The notes under the pieces: generated by a model
What the model saw: the letters and a program-made list of their open reading frames with translations, nothing else
What the model was told of the DNA's origin: nothing
Databases searched by the model: none
Position numbers and translations under genes: made by a program
Shown: in pieces, positions 39,793-51,275 of the stretch
How positions within the stretch are numbered: the first letter of the stretch is position 1
Layout of the letters: each line of letters starts with the position of its first letter
DNA from: Blepharisma stoltei ATCC 30299
Taxonomy: Eukaryota; Protista; Ciliophora
Direction of reading: 5' to 3'
NCBI GenBank assembly: GCA_965603825.1
Contig: CBFDEM010000005.1
Location: forward strand, 496,001 to 560,000
Length of the DNA stretch: 64,000 nucleotides

Positions 39793-41259
39793 TTAAATTT
39801 TATCCATCAAAAGCTTTGTGAACTCTTCCATATCAAAAAATCCTTTCCCATCAGGATTCGCTTCCCTCACAAGTTCAGTCCACAAATTCAAGTCATATTC
39901 TTCTCGATCCGCAAGAACGTTCATAAAATCAGCCACAGATATCTTCCCTGTATTATTTTTGTCCAAAATTGCAAAAGCAGCCAAAAGATTTGCATTTGAC
40001 AACAGAATCTTTTTGTCTATTGTTGCTCTTAAATACTCAGTAAATTCAATAAAGCCATCATTATTACTGTCAACATTAAGCAAGATCTCTTCGGCATGAG
40101 TATATGCTCCATCCCCTGGTATGAAGCCACTTAATTGTTCAAATAAATCTTCTTTCCCAATTTTTCCATCTCCGTCCTTGTCCAAAATTACAAAGGCATC
40201 TCTAAGGTCTTTTAGCTCCCTGTGATTGATGAGCTGAGATGTTATAAAAGTCAACAAAGCATCTCTAAGCTTTAAAGTGCTTCTGAACTCTCGCAAGTTT
40301 TTAATTACGGCTTCCAGTACTGGCCTTTCTACCTTTGGTCTGCTTCTATTAAGCCAAGGATGACTTAAAGATTGGGAAGCAGAAATCCTTTCGCTTAACG
40401 GTGCTATGAGTTTTTTTATTAAATCGATTGCTTCTGGTGATATTAGTCGAAATGCTGATGATTCTGTGGTATAAACCCCTTCTTTTACCTTTGCCATAAT
40501 TTCGTCATCAGTTTTCCCTCCAAAAGGAGGACTTCCTGTCAGTAAAATGTACATAATAACTCCGCAGCTTCACACATCGCATCCTTCATTATAGGATCCA
40601 TTAAAAACTTCAGGTGCCATGTAATAAGTAGTTCCTACCACACCAGTCGTTTCATTATTCAAATCTAAGTAGCAGGCTGTCCCAAAATCTGCTATTTTGA
40701 TATTTAATTTCCGATTTCTTTCTTCGACCATCATATTTTCAGGTTTCAAATCTCTATGAACAATTTTCAATGAGTGACAAAATGCGACAACTGACAATAA
40801 CTGCCTCATGATCAAAGCAGCATCATCTTCGCTAAATTTTGCCATTTTCTCAATTTTATTGAATAGCTCGCCCCCTTCACAGTATTCCATAACTAAGTAG
40901 TAATTTTTAGAGTCTTCAAAGAAATCGTATACCCTAATTATATTTGGATGGTCTAATGTTCGAAGGATTTCCATTTCCTCTATCATTTTGCCTTGCTGAG
41001 TGGAATTTTGGCCAAAAAGCTCTTTTGAGTAAATTTTTACTGCCCGAAGAGCTCCAGTTATTCGATGAGTGCATCTTCTTACCTCACCGAAACCTCCTAA
41101 TCCTATGCGATTTCCCAGCATATATGCTTCAGAGAACGGAGATAACTGGGTTTTTATAAAAGTCCCTGCACTTACTTTCATAGTTTTCTTGTGTGGTGAA
41201 GTCGTCAAAGGAGAAGCAGCTATTGTCTTATGTGGACCTGAAGAACCGCAGCAACCCAT
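39793..41259 (-). CDS. Calcium-dependent protein kinase (CDPK), N-acylated
   Basis: MGCCG start; GLGGFG, AVK, HRDLKPEN, DFG, APE, DV(W)SCG; C-terminal EF hands (DKDGDGKI, DSNNDGFIE, DKNNTGKI). Confidence 0.95.
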
Positions 41260-42119
41260 TGTTATTATGATAGCAACAAATATTTTTAGATAAAATTAAG
41301 ATAAAATAGAAATAATTGCTCTTATGAGGGTTTTCCCTAAAATTCACATTATCTTTTATGTCAGCTGTTACAATGCCAGAAGTTTGTAAAAATGAATTTA
41401 AATTTCACTCAGAATATGAAGAAGAAAAGTGAATTTCGAGTTTAAGCAATTTTTATAAGATTTTTTCTCACTAATTAATGTAAGAACTAAAAAAGATATT
41501 TTAATATTGATATTTAAAGTAAGTTCATGATGCTAATATCGTGCTTTAGAGAAAATTTTTTATTTTAAGAAAAAGAGATGGAGATATAGGGTTTTAAATT
41601 TAGGATTTAATTTCTGAGTCATAAATAAAATAAATGCTCTTATAATTGAAATTAATAAAAACAATATTTTTATTATAAACAGAAAATAATGATATTTAAG
41701 GCGCTCAACAAAATAAAAATATTGGGACATTGCTATTTTTTGAGCTTAGATATCTTTGCCATAACTGAAAATTTGATGTTTAAATATGTCTTTGATATGG
41801 GAAAACTAAATATAAAACCGAAAAATAACAGCCTTAATTATTTTCAAATTAATGTAAAAATATAAGAGCAAATAATGCAGAGTTGGAGCTATAAAATTAA
41901 TTCTAGGAAAGTACAATTATAAAAAACTAAAATAATTTTAGAAAGAATTTTTAGATTTAATGTAGCTCAAAAACTTTTCTTAAGTGCAAGATTCCTTCTA
42001 ATAATATTCAAGTTAAATAATTTGATTAACGTTCAATACCCACTTAATGTGTTTCTGATTAGCATATTGCCATTAATTTATTCATGTTTAAAACAAATCC
42101 AGATGTTACAAAAATAATA

Positions 42120-43727
42120 ATGGGCTGTTGTGAATCAAAGCCAGAAAAGCCTTCCTTAGGGTCATCAAAAGACCAAAGTAGAGCTGAAAGATTAAGCTTG
42201 ATAAATGACTCAAATGAGCCAAGCGCTGTTACCACTCCAGTTATGAGAGCCAAGCCAAGAAGATATACCACTCTAGCCCGATCTTCAGCTAAGAAAAAAT
42301 CAGTAGGAATTGATCCGAAAAAAAGTTTTAAGCGAAGGAGTAGCTCAAGAATTTCCAAAGGACTTACAAGCGAAAAATATAAAACAATAAAAATCCTTCA
42401 GACAGGGCCCAGTGGAAATCTATATTTAGTTAAAGACAAATATAATGGGACACAAAGAGTAGCCAAAGAAATCCCAAAAGAGATTTTTGGAGAAAATCCT
42501 ATTGAATTCTTTAAAGAAATGGAAAAGTTCAATAAACTTGTAAATTTTATGCAGAATTATCCTCATATAATAAGATTTTTTGAGCTAGCTGAAACCGATG
42601 AGGCATTTTATGTTATTTATGAAAAACTTTTTGGCTCAAGCTTGCTAGAAAAAATTTTAGAGCATGGTGCTTTTAATGATTATGCTGCTTCCACTCTTAT
42701 TTCAAATATTTTAAAAGCTCTAAATCATTGCCACAAGCTCGGCATTATACACAGAAACATAAGACCAGAAAGTATCGTTTTCGATTCCAATGCTCGTGAT
42801 TCTACTTTAAAACTCACGAACTTTGAATTTATTTGGACTTTAAGCGAAATGCAACAGACAAAAGATACAGTAAAAAATATGTAGGTTACATATATGGCGC
42901 CAGAAATGATTCAAGGAAATTATAATAAAAAGACAAGTGATATTTGGAGCTTGGGAATTATATTGCATGTCTTAATGACAGGAAAACTACCTTTTACAGG
43001 CAAAAATAATGATGAGGTAATTAAATCAATTCAAAATGGAATTGATTTGAAATCAAAAACATGAGCACTTCATTCTGATGAAGTTAAAGATCTTCTTTCA
43101 AAAATGCTAAAAATCGATCCTGATGATAGAATTTCTGCTGCAGATGCTTTAAAGCATCCTTGAATTGTGAACAAAAGCCGGAAGCTTGACCAAATCAAAG
43201 GCAGTACTGATATACTCAATAGATTTTTACATTTTGACGTAATTCATAGTTAGGCTTCGAAAAAAATAGAAAAGTCTATTTATTTTGCTATTACCTCACA
43301 TATATATAATGATAATGACCAAAAAGAAATAATTGAAGTCTATAAAGCTCTAGATAAAAATCATGATGGAAAATTAAGCAAAAAAGAAATAATTGATGGC
43401 TGCAAAGCGCTCAGAATTGAAGTAAGTGGGATGGATGAAATTATTATGAAATGTGACATTGATAAGAGCGGATTTTTTGAATTTTATGATTTTGAAATTG
43501 CAGCTGCGCAATGAAATTATGAAGATGTAAAAGAGAAACTTAAAAAATCATTAAAACCATTAGATTTTACTTGCCGTGGAGCAATCAGTTTGGAGGAATT
43601 AAAAAAAATTCTACGCGGAATTGATATGGAAGAATTAGAACAGTTCTTCAAATATGCGAGAATAGATGAAGAAGGGTATATTTCATATGAAGAAATCAAC
43701 AGCTATTTATTAATGAAATTTGATTAA
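42120..43727 (+). CDS. CDPK-like pseudokinase with degenerate EF hands
   Basis: MGCC start; HRN replaces HRD and NFE replaces DFG; YMAPE, DIWSLG, HP(W); EF hand DKNHDGKLSKKE. Three 15-nt introns. Confidence 0.85.
42540..42554 (+). other. Probable 15-nt intron GTAAATTTTATGCAG (no in-frame stop)
   Basis: Matches the consensus; removal gives KL-NYPHII, the usual kinase LxHPNII spacing. Confidence 0.75.
42870..42884 (+). other. 15-nt intron GTAAAAAATATGTAG
   Basis: Removes a TAG and joins to VTYMAPE. Confidence 0.9.
43239..43253 (+). other. 15-nt intron GTAATTCATAGTTAG
   Basis: Removes a TAG between the kinase and EF-hand regions. Confidence 0.88.
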
Positions 43728-44121
43728 AGTAAGCAAAATTCTAAAGTTAAAAGGGCTCGTAAAAAATCTGACAAATAAATTATTATTCGTTTATACATGC
43801 TATACGTTTCACACTTAAATGAACTTTAGCATTTTTATACTAATTTATAGCTCACTATCAACTTTTAATCTTCCAATATGATTTTTAAAGAGCTTTTAAT
43901 CTGGATTTTAACTTTTATTTTAGAGCTTTAAGAAATTTATTCTGACTACCATACATTTGCTTTTTGCTATATATTAAAAAAAACACTATTTATGGATAAT
44001 TTATCTATTTTTGTATATCTAATCTATATGAACGTTGTAAATTAATGAGCACATATGGAGATTTCCCAGCATATTATCAGTAATAAAATATCAAAATACT
44101 AGTTTATCATAATTATCTCTA

Positions 44122-44841
44122 ATGATTCCTAAAAATTTATCAAAATCAGAAAGCAAAATCCCACGCACTGTCTATAGACAATGGTCTAAAACAGTAGACG
44201 AAACACACATGAATACTCTGATGCCTCCAAAATCATTTCAACTTGATCTTCATCAGCTTCGTAAGGAACGATTAATGCAAAAACAATACTCGTCATTTAC
44301 AGATCGATCACCAACTGAAGAAAAAACTCTTGACAAACTTAATGACGTCGAAGCTGAATGGCAACGTTATAAAAGTGTAGGAAAACAACGGCCGGATGAT
44401 GAACCAAAACTCCTATACCATCATGATAATCGTCCCCAAACCTCTTTGAGGCTAAGACCAGCTGAATCAGATGATTTAATAAGACTAGCGAAAACTGCTA
44501 TGGTTTTATTAGAGCGAACGTCTTTAGAAGTTATCCACGAAGTCCCAGAAAAGAAAAACCTAGCCAAAACCCCTGATCTCATTAAGAAAAAAAAGGACAT
44601 AAATTTGACCTACAAGCCAGTGAAGAGCAAGCTGGTAGCTTTAAACGGAAAGCATGGAAATTTAAATAGCACTCATACTTTGGTCTTTAAAAATTCCAAT
44701 GACTTGGTTTCACCGAAAGATAGAAAATTGATTTTTAATAAGACACATTCAGAAGGAAACTCAGACTTGATGAGGATAATTAGAAGTGCACAGCATGATC
44801 TTGATTTGAAGCCAGTTAAAAGGGTAAATCATAATAAATAA
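44122..44841 (+). CDS. Hypothetical basic protein
   Basis: 239-aa ATG-to-TAA ORF; no recognised motif. Confidence 0.7.
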   Translation: MIPKNLSKSESKIPRTVYRQWSKTVDETHMNTLMPPKSFQLDLHQLRKERLMQKQYSSFTDRSPTEEKTLDKLNDVEAEWQRYKSVGKQRPDDEPKLLYHHDNRPQTSLRLRPAESDDLIRLAKTAMVLLERTSLEVIHEVPEKKNLAKTPDLIKKKKDINLTYKPVKSKLVALNGKHGNLNSTHTLVFKNSNDLVSPKDRKLIFNKTHSEGNSDLMRIIRSAQHDLDLKPVKRVNHNK

Positions 44842-44856
44842 TGTTAAATTAAAATT

Positions 44857-46203
44857 TTATTGCCCGAGTGCTCGTTGTAAAGATTGCTGGAGTTGGAAAA
44901 TTTCTTGATCCAGCAGAGAAATTTCAACTTTTAAATCTTCTTGGTCATTTGGTTTATAATCATCTAAAATTTCTTCTTTTTCAGGAGATTTAGTTATCGG
45001 CTTTTCTTCTATAGATAAAGGCCTAATAAAGGAATTCAAAGGAGAATTAGAAGGCTTGTCTTCTTTAGCTATGGGTTTGATAAATGAGCTAGAATTAGAA
45101 CTGTATGGCCTATCTTCTATTGAAATTGGTTTTACAAACAAATTTGATGTGGTTTCTGGTATTTTATCTTCTTTAGGTAGAGGCTTGATAAAAGAAGAAG
45201 AAGACTCAGAAATCATTTGAGATTTGGATAGGGTTTTTATGATCTCTCTTAACTGCTCGATAAGTGTGCACTGCTCGTTCATCGAAGACTGCAAAACACT
45301 TATGTGGCTATTCATCATTTCTTTCTCAGAATTCAACTTTTCAATTTTCTTTTCTTGCTCCTCTATGATTTTCTTCAAATTTTCTTCCGCCATTGGATTT
45401 TTGAGTCTTTCTCTCAATTTGAGTGTTTGCTCTCTAAGTTTTTCAAGTGCTGTTCTATACTCTTCAATAGTGTCTTCTTTGTCTTTCAGCTCAGCCCTTA
45501 ATTTCTCTTCAATTCCTGATTTAATTGCTTTTGAATTTTGAGAGACTGATAATGTTTCAAGCAGATTTTCAACTGAGTCTTCGGTGATCACTTTCAATGT
45601 GGATTCTATACAAATGTTCATCTCTTTTATGCTGCTTATAAACTTATTCTTTGTGACGTTTGAAAATTCTTGGTCGAACAGCAATTTTGAATGCTTTGCT
45701 AAAACGCGACTGAGAGAATTTAAATGCCGTCTGCCAGAAGCAGATCTATAATTTAAAACTCCTTCAATATCTGCTAATGATGCTTTCAGTTTATTAAGCA
45801 CACTTTGCTGCTCTTTTAATGTCGTATTGCTAGCTTCTTTCATTTGGTTTTGCAATGAGTTATTATTGAAAACTAATTCTTTGATTTTGAGAGTATCATC
45901 TAAATGCTGCTGCTTTAAGTCTTGAAGCTCTTCTTTTAAGTCATTATTTAAAATTTCTAGCTTAGAGTTTTCATGCTGAAGCCGGGCAACTTCTTTTGCA
46001 TTAAAATTTGACCGAGCCTTAATTTCTTCAAGCAGCTGCTGATTTCTTTTCATATCATCATACTTCTCTTGAGATATCAAAATTCCTTTATTTCCTTTAG
46101 GTGTAGTATTAGAAATAGGCTCTTCATCAGAGGAATACTTTGGGGTGCTGCTTTTTCGTTTACGGCTGGCTGATCTTTGCTTTGTTCTGCCTCCTCTTTT
46201 CAT
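44857..46203 (-). CDS. Coiled-coil protein with short internal repeats (SxFIKPxxxEDK)
   Basis: 448-aa ORF; heptad pattern; four degenerate repeats near the C-terminus. Confidence 0.78.
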   Translation of the reverse strand: MKRGGRTKQRSASRKRKSSTPKYSSDEEPISNTTPKGNKGILISQEKYDDMKRNQQLLEEIKARSNFNAKEVARLQHENSKLEILNNDLKEELQDLKQQHLDDTLKIKELVFNNNSLQNQMKEASNTTLKEQQSVLNKLKASLADIEGVLNYRSASGRRHLNSLSRVLAKHSKLLFDQEFSNVTKNKFISSIKEMNICIESTLKVITEDSVENLLETLSVSQNSKAIKSGIEEKLRAELKDKEDTIEEYRTALEKLREQTLKLRERLKNPMAEENLKKIIEEQEKKIEKLNSEKEMMNSHISVLQSSMNEQCTLIEQLREIIKTLSKSQMISESSSSFIKPLPKEDKIPETTSNLFVKPISIEDRPYSSNSSSFIKPIAKEDKPSNSPLNSFIRPLSIEEKPITKSPEKEEILDDYKPNDQEDLKVEISLLDQEIFQLQQSLQRALGQ

Positions 46204-46616
46204 ATTTGATTTTATAGTTCCTTTCTATTTTAATTGAGTTTTTATTAAATCAAAAGAGTTGAGTTTGAAATGGAGTATCAAATTAAATATGGATTTTGCC
46301 TTCCAAAATAAGAAAATAAAACCTTTTAGAAGGCTGAAAAATTCAAATTACCCACAAAAACGCAGTTTAATTTCTTTAAAAATACTTCAAATACAGAATG
46401 AAATATTTTTTAAAAAAATAAAAATAATTTTTTTTAAGCTGCCAAACATCTCTAATATCAACTCCATCTCTAAGCGTCCTATAATAGCATTTTAGCTTTG
46501 ATACTAGGCGTCGATTCCCCACGAAACTCCTGGTGAAATCTAAATTTCATTAAATTTTCATTTCCACACCTTAAAAATGGTTGACGTCTTAGAGATCTCA
46601 GGTTGGTTAATTTAGA

Positions 46617-47087
46617 TTATATATGATTAAGAAGAATCGGAAGCACTGGCAGCTTAGAATTCTTCACGATTTTATCAGAGCTGATGATTGGAAGCTCAAT
46701 TTTTTCTTCCTTTTTCTTTTTAGGCTCGGCCTGGAAGTAAAAGTCTTTTGGAATTTCTATATCAGTTAAGAGCAAAGGCTGGATTTCCATGTGGCATTTC
46801 ATGGCGACTCTTTGACGGTCGTGTATCCTCCGATGGACCAAAAGCTGTGAAGCCTGCCGAAACTTCTTCCCACACCCCAATTCTTCGCAAATGAATGGCT
46901 TCTCCCCGGTATGAATTAGCATGTGCTCCTTCAGATTTTGTTTACTTACGAACTGTTTTTTGCAGTCTGAGCACAGGAAACACTTTATTTTCAAGTGTGA
47001 CGAGTTTATGTGTCTTCTGAGATTGAATTTTGTTTTGTACACTCTGTGACAAAAGTCATAATAGCATTTGTATGTTGATTCCTCCAT
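46617..47087 (-). CDS. C2H2 zinc-finger protein (three fingers)
   Basis: CxxxxC..H...H fingers with HTGEKPF linker; ATG at 47087. Confidence 0.92.
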   Translation of the reverse strand: MEESTYKCYYDFCHRVYKTKFNLRRHINSSHLKIKCFLCSDCKKQFVSKQNLKEHMLIHTGEKPFICEELGCGKKFRQASQLLVHRRIHDRQRVAMKCHMEIQPLLLTDIEIPKDFYFQAEPKKKKEEKIELPIISSDKIVKNSKLPVLPILLNHI

Positions 47088-47231
47088 TTTATTCAAAGCG
47101 TCATTAAGTCAGCTTTTTTATGTTTCAACAAGTCGATTTAAATGATTTTTTTATCGTTTCACTCTGGGTTTAGTGATCTCTTAAAAATAATTTTTACAAA
47201 TTAATATTATTATTTATCCTTCATTTTGAAA

Positions 47232-48599
47232 TTATTTTTTAATGCTTATGGTCTTTAATACTGTGAATTCTTTGATACCTTCCCCTAGCTCACGTCCCAG
47301 CCCACTATTTTTCATTCCTCCGAACGGGACTTGTATAATGCTTTTTGAGACATCGTTTACAAACACCATTCCTGCATCAATTCTTGGGACGATCTCATTT
47401 TCAGCCTTTTGTGCATCTGCTGTAAAAATCATTCCGCCTAGGCCAAATTCTGTATTATTCGCCAACCTTATTGCTTCTTCTGTATCTTTTACTTTTGATA
47501 TAGCAAAAACAGGGCCAAAGGTTTCTTCACGCATAACAGGCATATTTGGGGTAACATGAGTTAATACAGCAGGCTCGTATTGTGTAGGGTTTAAAATTTT
47601 CCCTCCATGCTCTAACTTTGCTCCCATTTTAATGGACCTTTCGACTTGGGTGACAACGTTATTGAGAAGATCAGGCCTGGCTAAAGGACCTAGTTTAGTT
47701 TCTGGATTTAAGGGATCTCCATATTGCCACGTTTTTAGTTCGGCAATTAGATGTTTTACAAAAGCAGAGTGCACTGATGCGTCAACAATAAATCGTTTTG
47801 CTGAAATGCAAACTTGTCCGCAGCCTTGTAGTCTGGCCATCACAGCTGTTTTTGCAGCAGCCTTGACATCGGCATCTCCTAAGACAATAAAAGGATCAGA
47901 CCCGCCAAGCTCTAAGACACATTTTTTTAGTCCCATTCCAGCCATAGCAGCAACATTACGTCCAGCTCCTATAGACCCAGTCAAGCTGACTCCTCTTATT
48001 CTATTATCAGCTATTGTTCTTTGAACTTGATCCATATTAATAAACACGTTTTTGAACTCATGCACAAATCCTGCATCTGAAGTGATATTGTCAAGGGCCT
48101 GTGCAACCTGAGGAACATTTTCTGCATGCTTAAGAATTATTGTATTTCCTGCCATCAGATGTGGTATCCCGCACTTTAATGGCATCCAGAGTGGGAAGTT
48201 AAAAGGCATGATAATAAACAAAGGCCCAAGAGGCTCATAATTAACATAGACTTTGCTGCCTGGAATATCATAGTGAGTTGGAGCCAAAAGCTTTTCAGCG
48301 TTGTCGGCATAATAATCACAGCAATCTGCACATTTTAAGACTTCTCCTTTTGATTGACCAATAGGCTTACCCATTTCTTGCGTCATCAATCTAGCTAGGT
48401 TTTCATGGTCTTTTCTGAGAAGGTCACCAAGCCTTTTCATTTTCTCACCTCTTTCTTTAAAAGAAGTTTTGGAATGTCGCAGAAAAGCCTGATAGGAAGC
48501 GTCAATTGTATAATCAAGCTGTGCTGCAGATATGAAATCGAAACTACGAATATAAGCCTGGGTGAAAGGGTTCTGAGAAATGAAAAGTCGCTGTGCCAT
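47232..48599 (-). CDS. Aldehyde dehydrogenase, succinate-semialdehyde dehydrogenase (GabD1/Sad-like)
   Basis: MPFNFP, LKHAENVP, LTGS, LELGGSDPFIVL, GQVCISAKRF, EETFGPV, PFGGMKNSGLGRELG. Confidence 0.9.
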   Translation of the reverse strand: MAQRLFISQNPFTQAYIRSFDFISAAQLDYTIDASYQAFLRHSKTSFKERGEKMKRLGDLLRKDHENLARLMTQEMGKPIGQSKGEVLKCADCCDYYADNAEKLLAPTHYDIPGSKVYVNYEPLGPLFIIMPFNFPLWMPLKCGIPHLMAGNTIILKHAENVPQVAQALDNITSDAGFVHEFKNVFINMDQVQRTIADNRIRGVSLTGSIGAGRNVAAMAGMGLKKCVLELGGSDPFIVLGDADVKAAAKTAVMARLQGCGQVCISAKRFIVDASVHSAFVKHLIAELKTWQYGDPLNPETKLGPLARPDLLNNVVTQVERSIKMGAKLEHGGKILNPTQYEPAVLTHVTPNMPVMREETFGPVFAISKVKDTEEAIRLANNTEFGLGGMIFTADAQKAENEIVPRIDAGMVFVNDVSKSIIQVPFGGMKNSGLGRELGEGIKEFTVLKTISIKK

Positions 48600-48669
48600 A
48601 ATTATTATATTGTTAAGCTGACAGAATTGTTCACATAATTATCAATATAAAATAGACAAAGAAATAAGC

Positions 48670-49671
48670 TTAATAATTACACTTGTAGGACTTCGGAGAG
48701 CTATCTGATGTTTTTAAATTGTCAGCAGTTTCTAATATGTTGTTTAGCTTGCTGAAAAATGAAATTAAGTCTGAATTTTGATAAGACGCTTCATTTTGCA
48801 TGGATTTATGAGTTTTCGTGCTAAGTCTGAATAAATCAGAATTTAATCCTTCAATAATTCGTTTTTGGGACTCGATGATGAGCTTTTGTTCATCTAGCTG
48901 GTAATTAAGTGTCTGAATAATTTTTTGATTTTTTTTATATTTGCATATCTTCTTATTGCATTCTTCGTGGCATCACTCTTGATCCCTCATTTCTTTATTT
49001 TTTAAGAGTTTGTCAGACAATTTTTTTATCAATGAGTCTTTTCCTTCTATTTCCAAGTCATATATATTTTTTAACTTCTTTGTTAATTCTTCTCATTTTT
49101 GGCCTGTCTTATGTATTTCTTCCCTATGTATTGATTTTATTTGTCCTATTTTATTGTTAAACTCTTTTTCCATTTTTTCCTTTTCATTTACCAAGTAATT
49201 TTCATATTGCTCTTTCATATAAACCATTTGTTTTTTGTAATCTTCTTGGAGATTTTTGTTATATTTCTTGAGTTTAAGTATTTCATTTGTAGCCATTGTG
49301 TACAATTCGTTGCCTTTTGCAAGTTTTTCTTTAAGGCTTTCTATATTTCTGTTATAAGAATTCCCTAAAGTCCAAATATCATCGTTAGTACAAGTAGAAT
49401 ATCGAAATGTCCCATTTGTGTTACAATTCAACGTATTTCCAACAAAAATATCTCCAGGGTCTTTTTTCCCATAAGAGTTTTCGCCATTAATTCCAAAGCT
49501 ATTTCTTGTTCAATCTATTGTGATATTCGGGTCTTCTGAGGGAATAGATAAATCTGAACTATCACTAGAACTTCTGCTCCTTTGTCGGTATACTGACTGC
49601 AAATCAGCAGCTTTAATTATTTCTTTTATTGAGATTCAGGACTCTCCTTTGATGTTATCTTTTTGTTCCAT
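48670..49671 (-). CDS. Hypothetical coiled-coil protein
   Basis: Continuous 333-aa frame from ATG 49671 to TAA 48670 with four TGA=Trp codons. Confidence 0.72.
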
Positions 49672-49706
49672 TTTATTCAGACTTTGAATAATATTATTAC
49701 ATAAAT

Positions 49707-50732
49707 TTAACAAGTTTTCCTATTAGCCCAGTAAGTGAGAATTTCTCTCACCTGGGATATTGAATTTGAGCTACCTTTAAACAGGTTGACTTCTCTTATT
49801 TTGTCGCATTGTTTCCTATACAAAGAAATCCTAGTGTCATTAGAAGATTCTAATGACCCAAAAGGGTTCTCAAAAAACCCTTCAGCAAATGTGTCATTTT
49901 CTTCATCAGAACTTGGATCGTAATCATCAGTGCACAAATCGCTGTAAATCAGCTTAAAGCCGACCTCACTTTCTTCGTAAAAGCTCTCTGACTCAATCAG
50001 AGACAGCATTCTGCTCCTTGACCGAAGGCGAGGTGTTTCAGGCGAGGCATCTGTGCTTAATAGCGAAATTTGGCTCTTTGTTTGGTGTTTAAAAACATCT
50101 TTAAGCTCAAAATCGCCTCCGTCGACTGATGTTAACCTTGGCCGAATTCCTAAGGTTTGAGAAATGATCCTTGGTTTGATGTTTTTTGTGGTGTACTCTA
50201 TTCTGACTGATAATATATTGAAAGCTGTTTCAAATTTGAATGGGATTGATGGAAAATATTGGATGTCTCGAGGGAGAATTGATGGATCTCAGCTGATTCC
50301 CTCTTGAGAGGCTGTTCTAATTATCAAAGATATTGAAGAATTTCTAATTTCTGAAGCTGGCAGCAATAAACTAGCAGCCATTAGGGCTCGGATTCCAGCA
50401 ATTTTCGGCGTTTCAGTCAGATTTTTGGAGAAATCAGCAGCAAGCCTTTTGGGGATGATATGAAATTTTCATCTTTCTAACAGAAGCGGATGGCAACCTT
50501 CAATGCACTCCAAAAGGTCAATTTCAAATTCTTTATGAGGAGTTTGCTGGTTTTCCCAGAGGACTCGAATACTGTCATGGATTGATGAAGGCTTTGGACT
50601 GTATGATTTTGTAAAGGAATTAGAAGAAGCTGCAAATAGAGGGGAACAGCTGTGGGTTTGGGAGATGAATTCAATAAGTTTTGTCATAAAATCTTGCATC
50701 AAATTTTGTTCTGAAGCGCGGCATGATTCCAT
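49707..50732 (-). CDS. Candidate ATG13-like HORMA-domain protein
   Basis: Continuous frame with TGA=Trp. FMTKLIEFISQT, LLER(W)KF and IRALMAASLLLPA resemble the Atg13 N-terminal HORMA domain; S/E/D-rich tail. The ORF is solid, the product is tentative. Confidence 0.5.
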
Positions 50733-51275
50733 CTTAAACAGTTATTTATTTTAAACGAATATGTATAAATAAAATTATGGATATTCAGAGTAGCATAAAG
50801 AAGAACAATTTGAATTAATAATTATTTTAAAGTTAGAGGGCAAGTCGGGAATAATTATAAAAAGACAGTATAATTAAATAATAAAGTTAATAATTATGTA
50901 TGGTAAGCTGCTAAATAAGGCAACATGACGAAAAGTATGAGCTTATTTACGTAAAAAAACGTATAGTTAATAAAATAAATTTTAAAAGGAAAAATGAAAG
51001 AGTTAAAAAATTATTTTATTCATGAATAAAAAATTGCAAATATTTTGTGCCTAATCTCTAATTCTATATTATTTAAATGATTTCTTTAGAAAATGGCCTA
51101 TGCTATTTATTTCCCGCACTATATTTAAATGCTGATAAAATTTATATTATTTCTTCTATGATTATTTAAAATTTTCTTTGTTAGGAAGCATAATAAGCAT
51201 TACAATTACTTATGGCAAAGAATTTAATATAAATTTAGATTTATTTATACAAACAATCTTTTATGTTAATTTATC

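Noticed and set aside
46259-46495. 78-aa K/I/F-rich ORF
   Set aside because: TTG start and AT-rich intergenic composition, with no motif.
46490-46610. GC-richer patch with a TCGATTCCCC T-loop-like motif, possible tRNA or ncRNA
   Set aside because: No cloverleaf stems could be built; it is more likely UTR or promoter sequence. tRNAscan-SE or Infernal would settle it.
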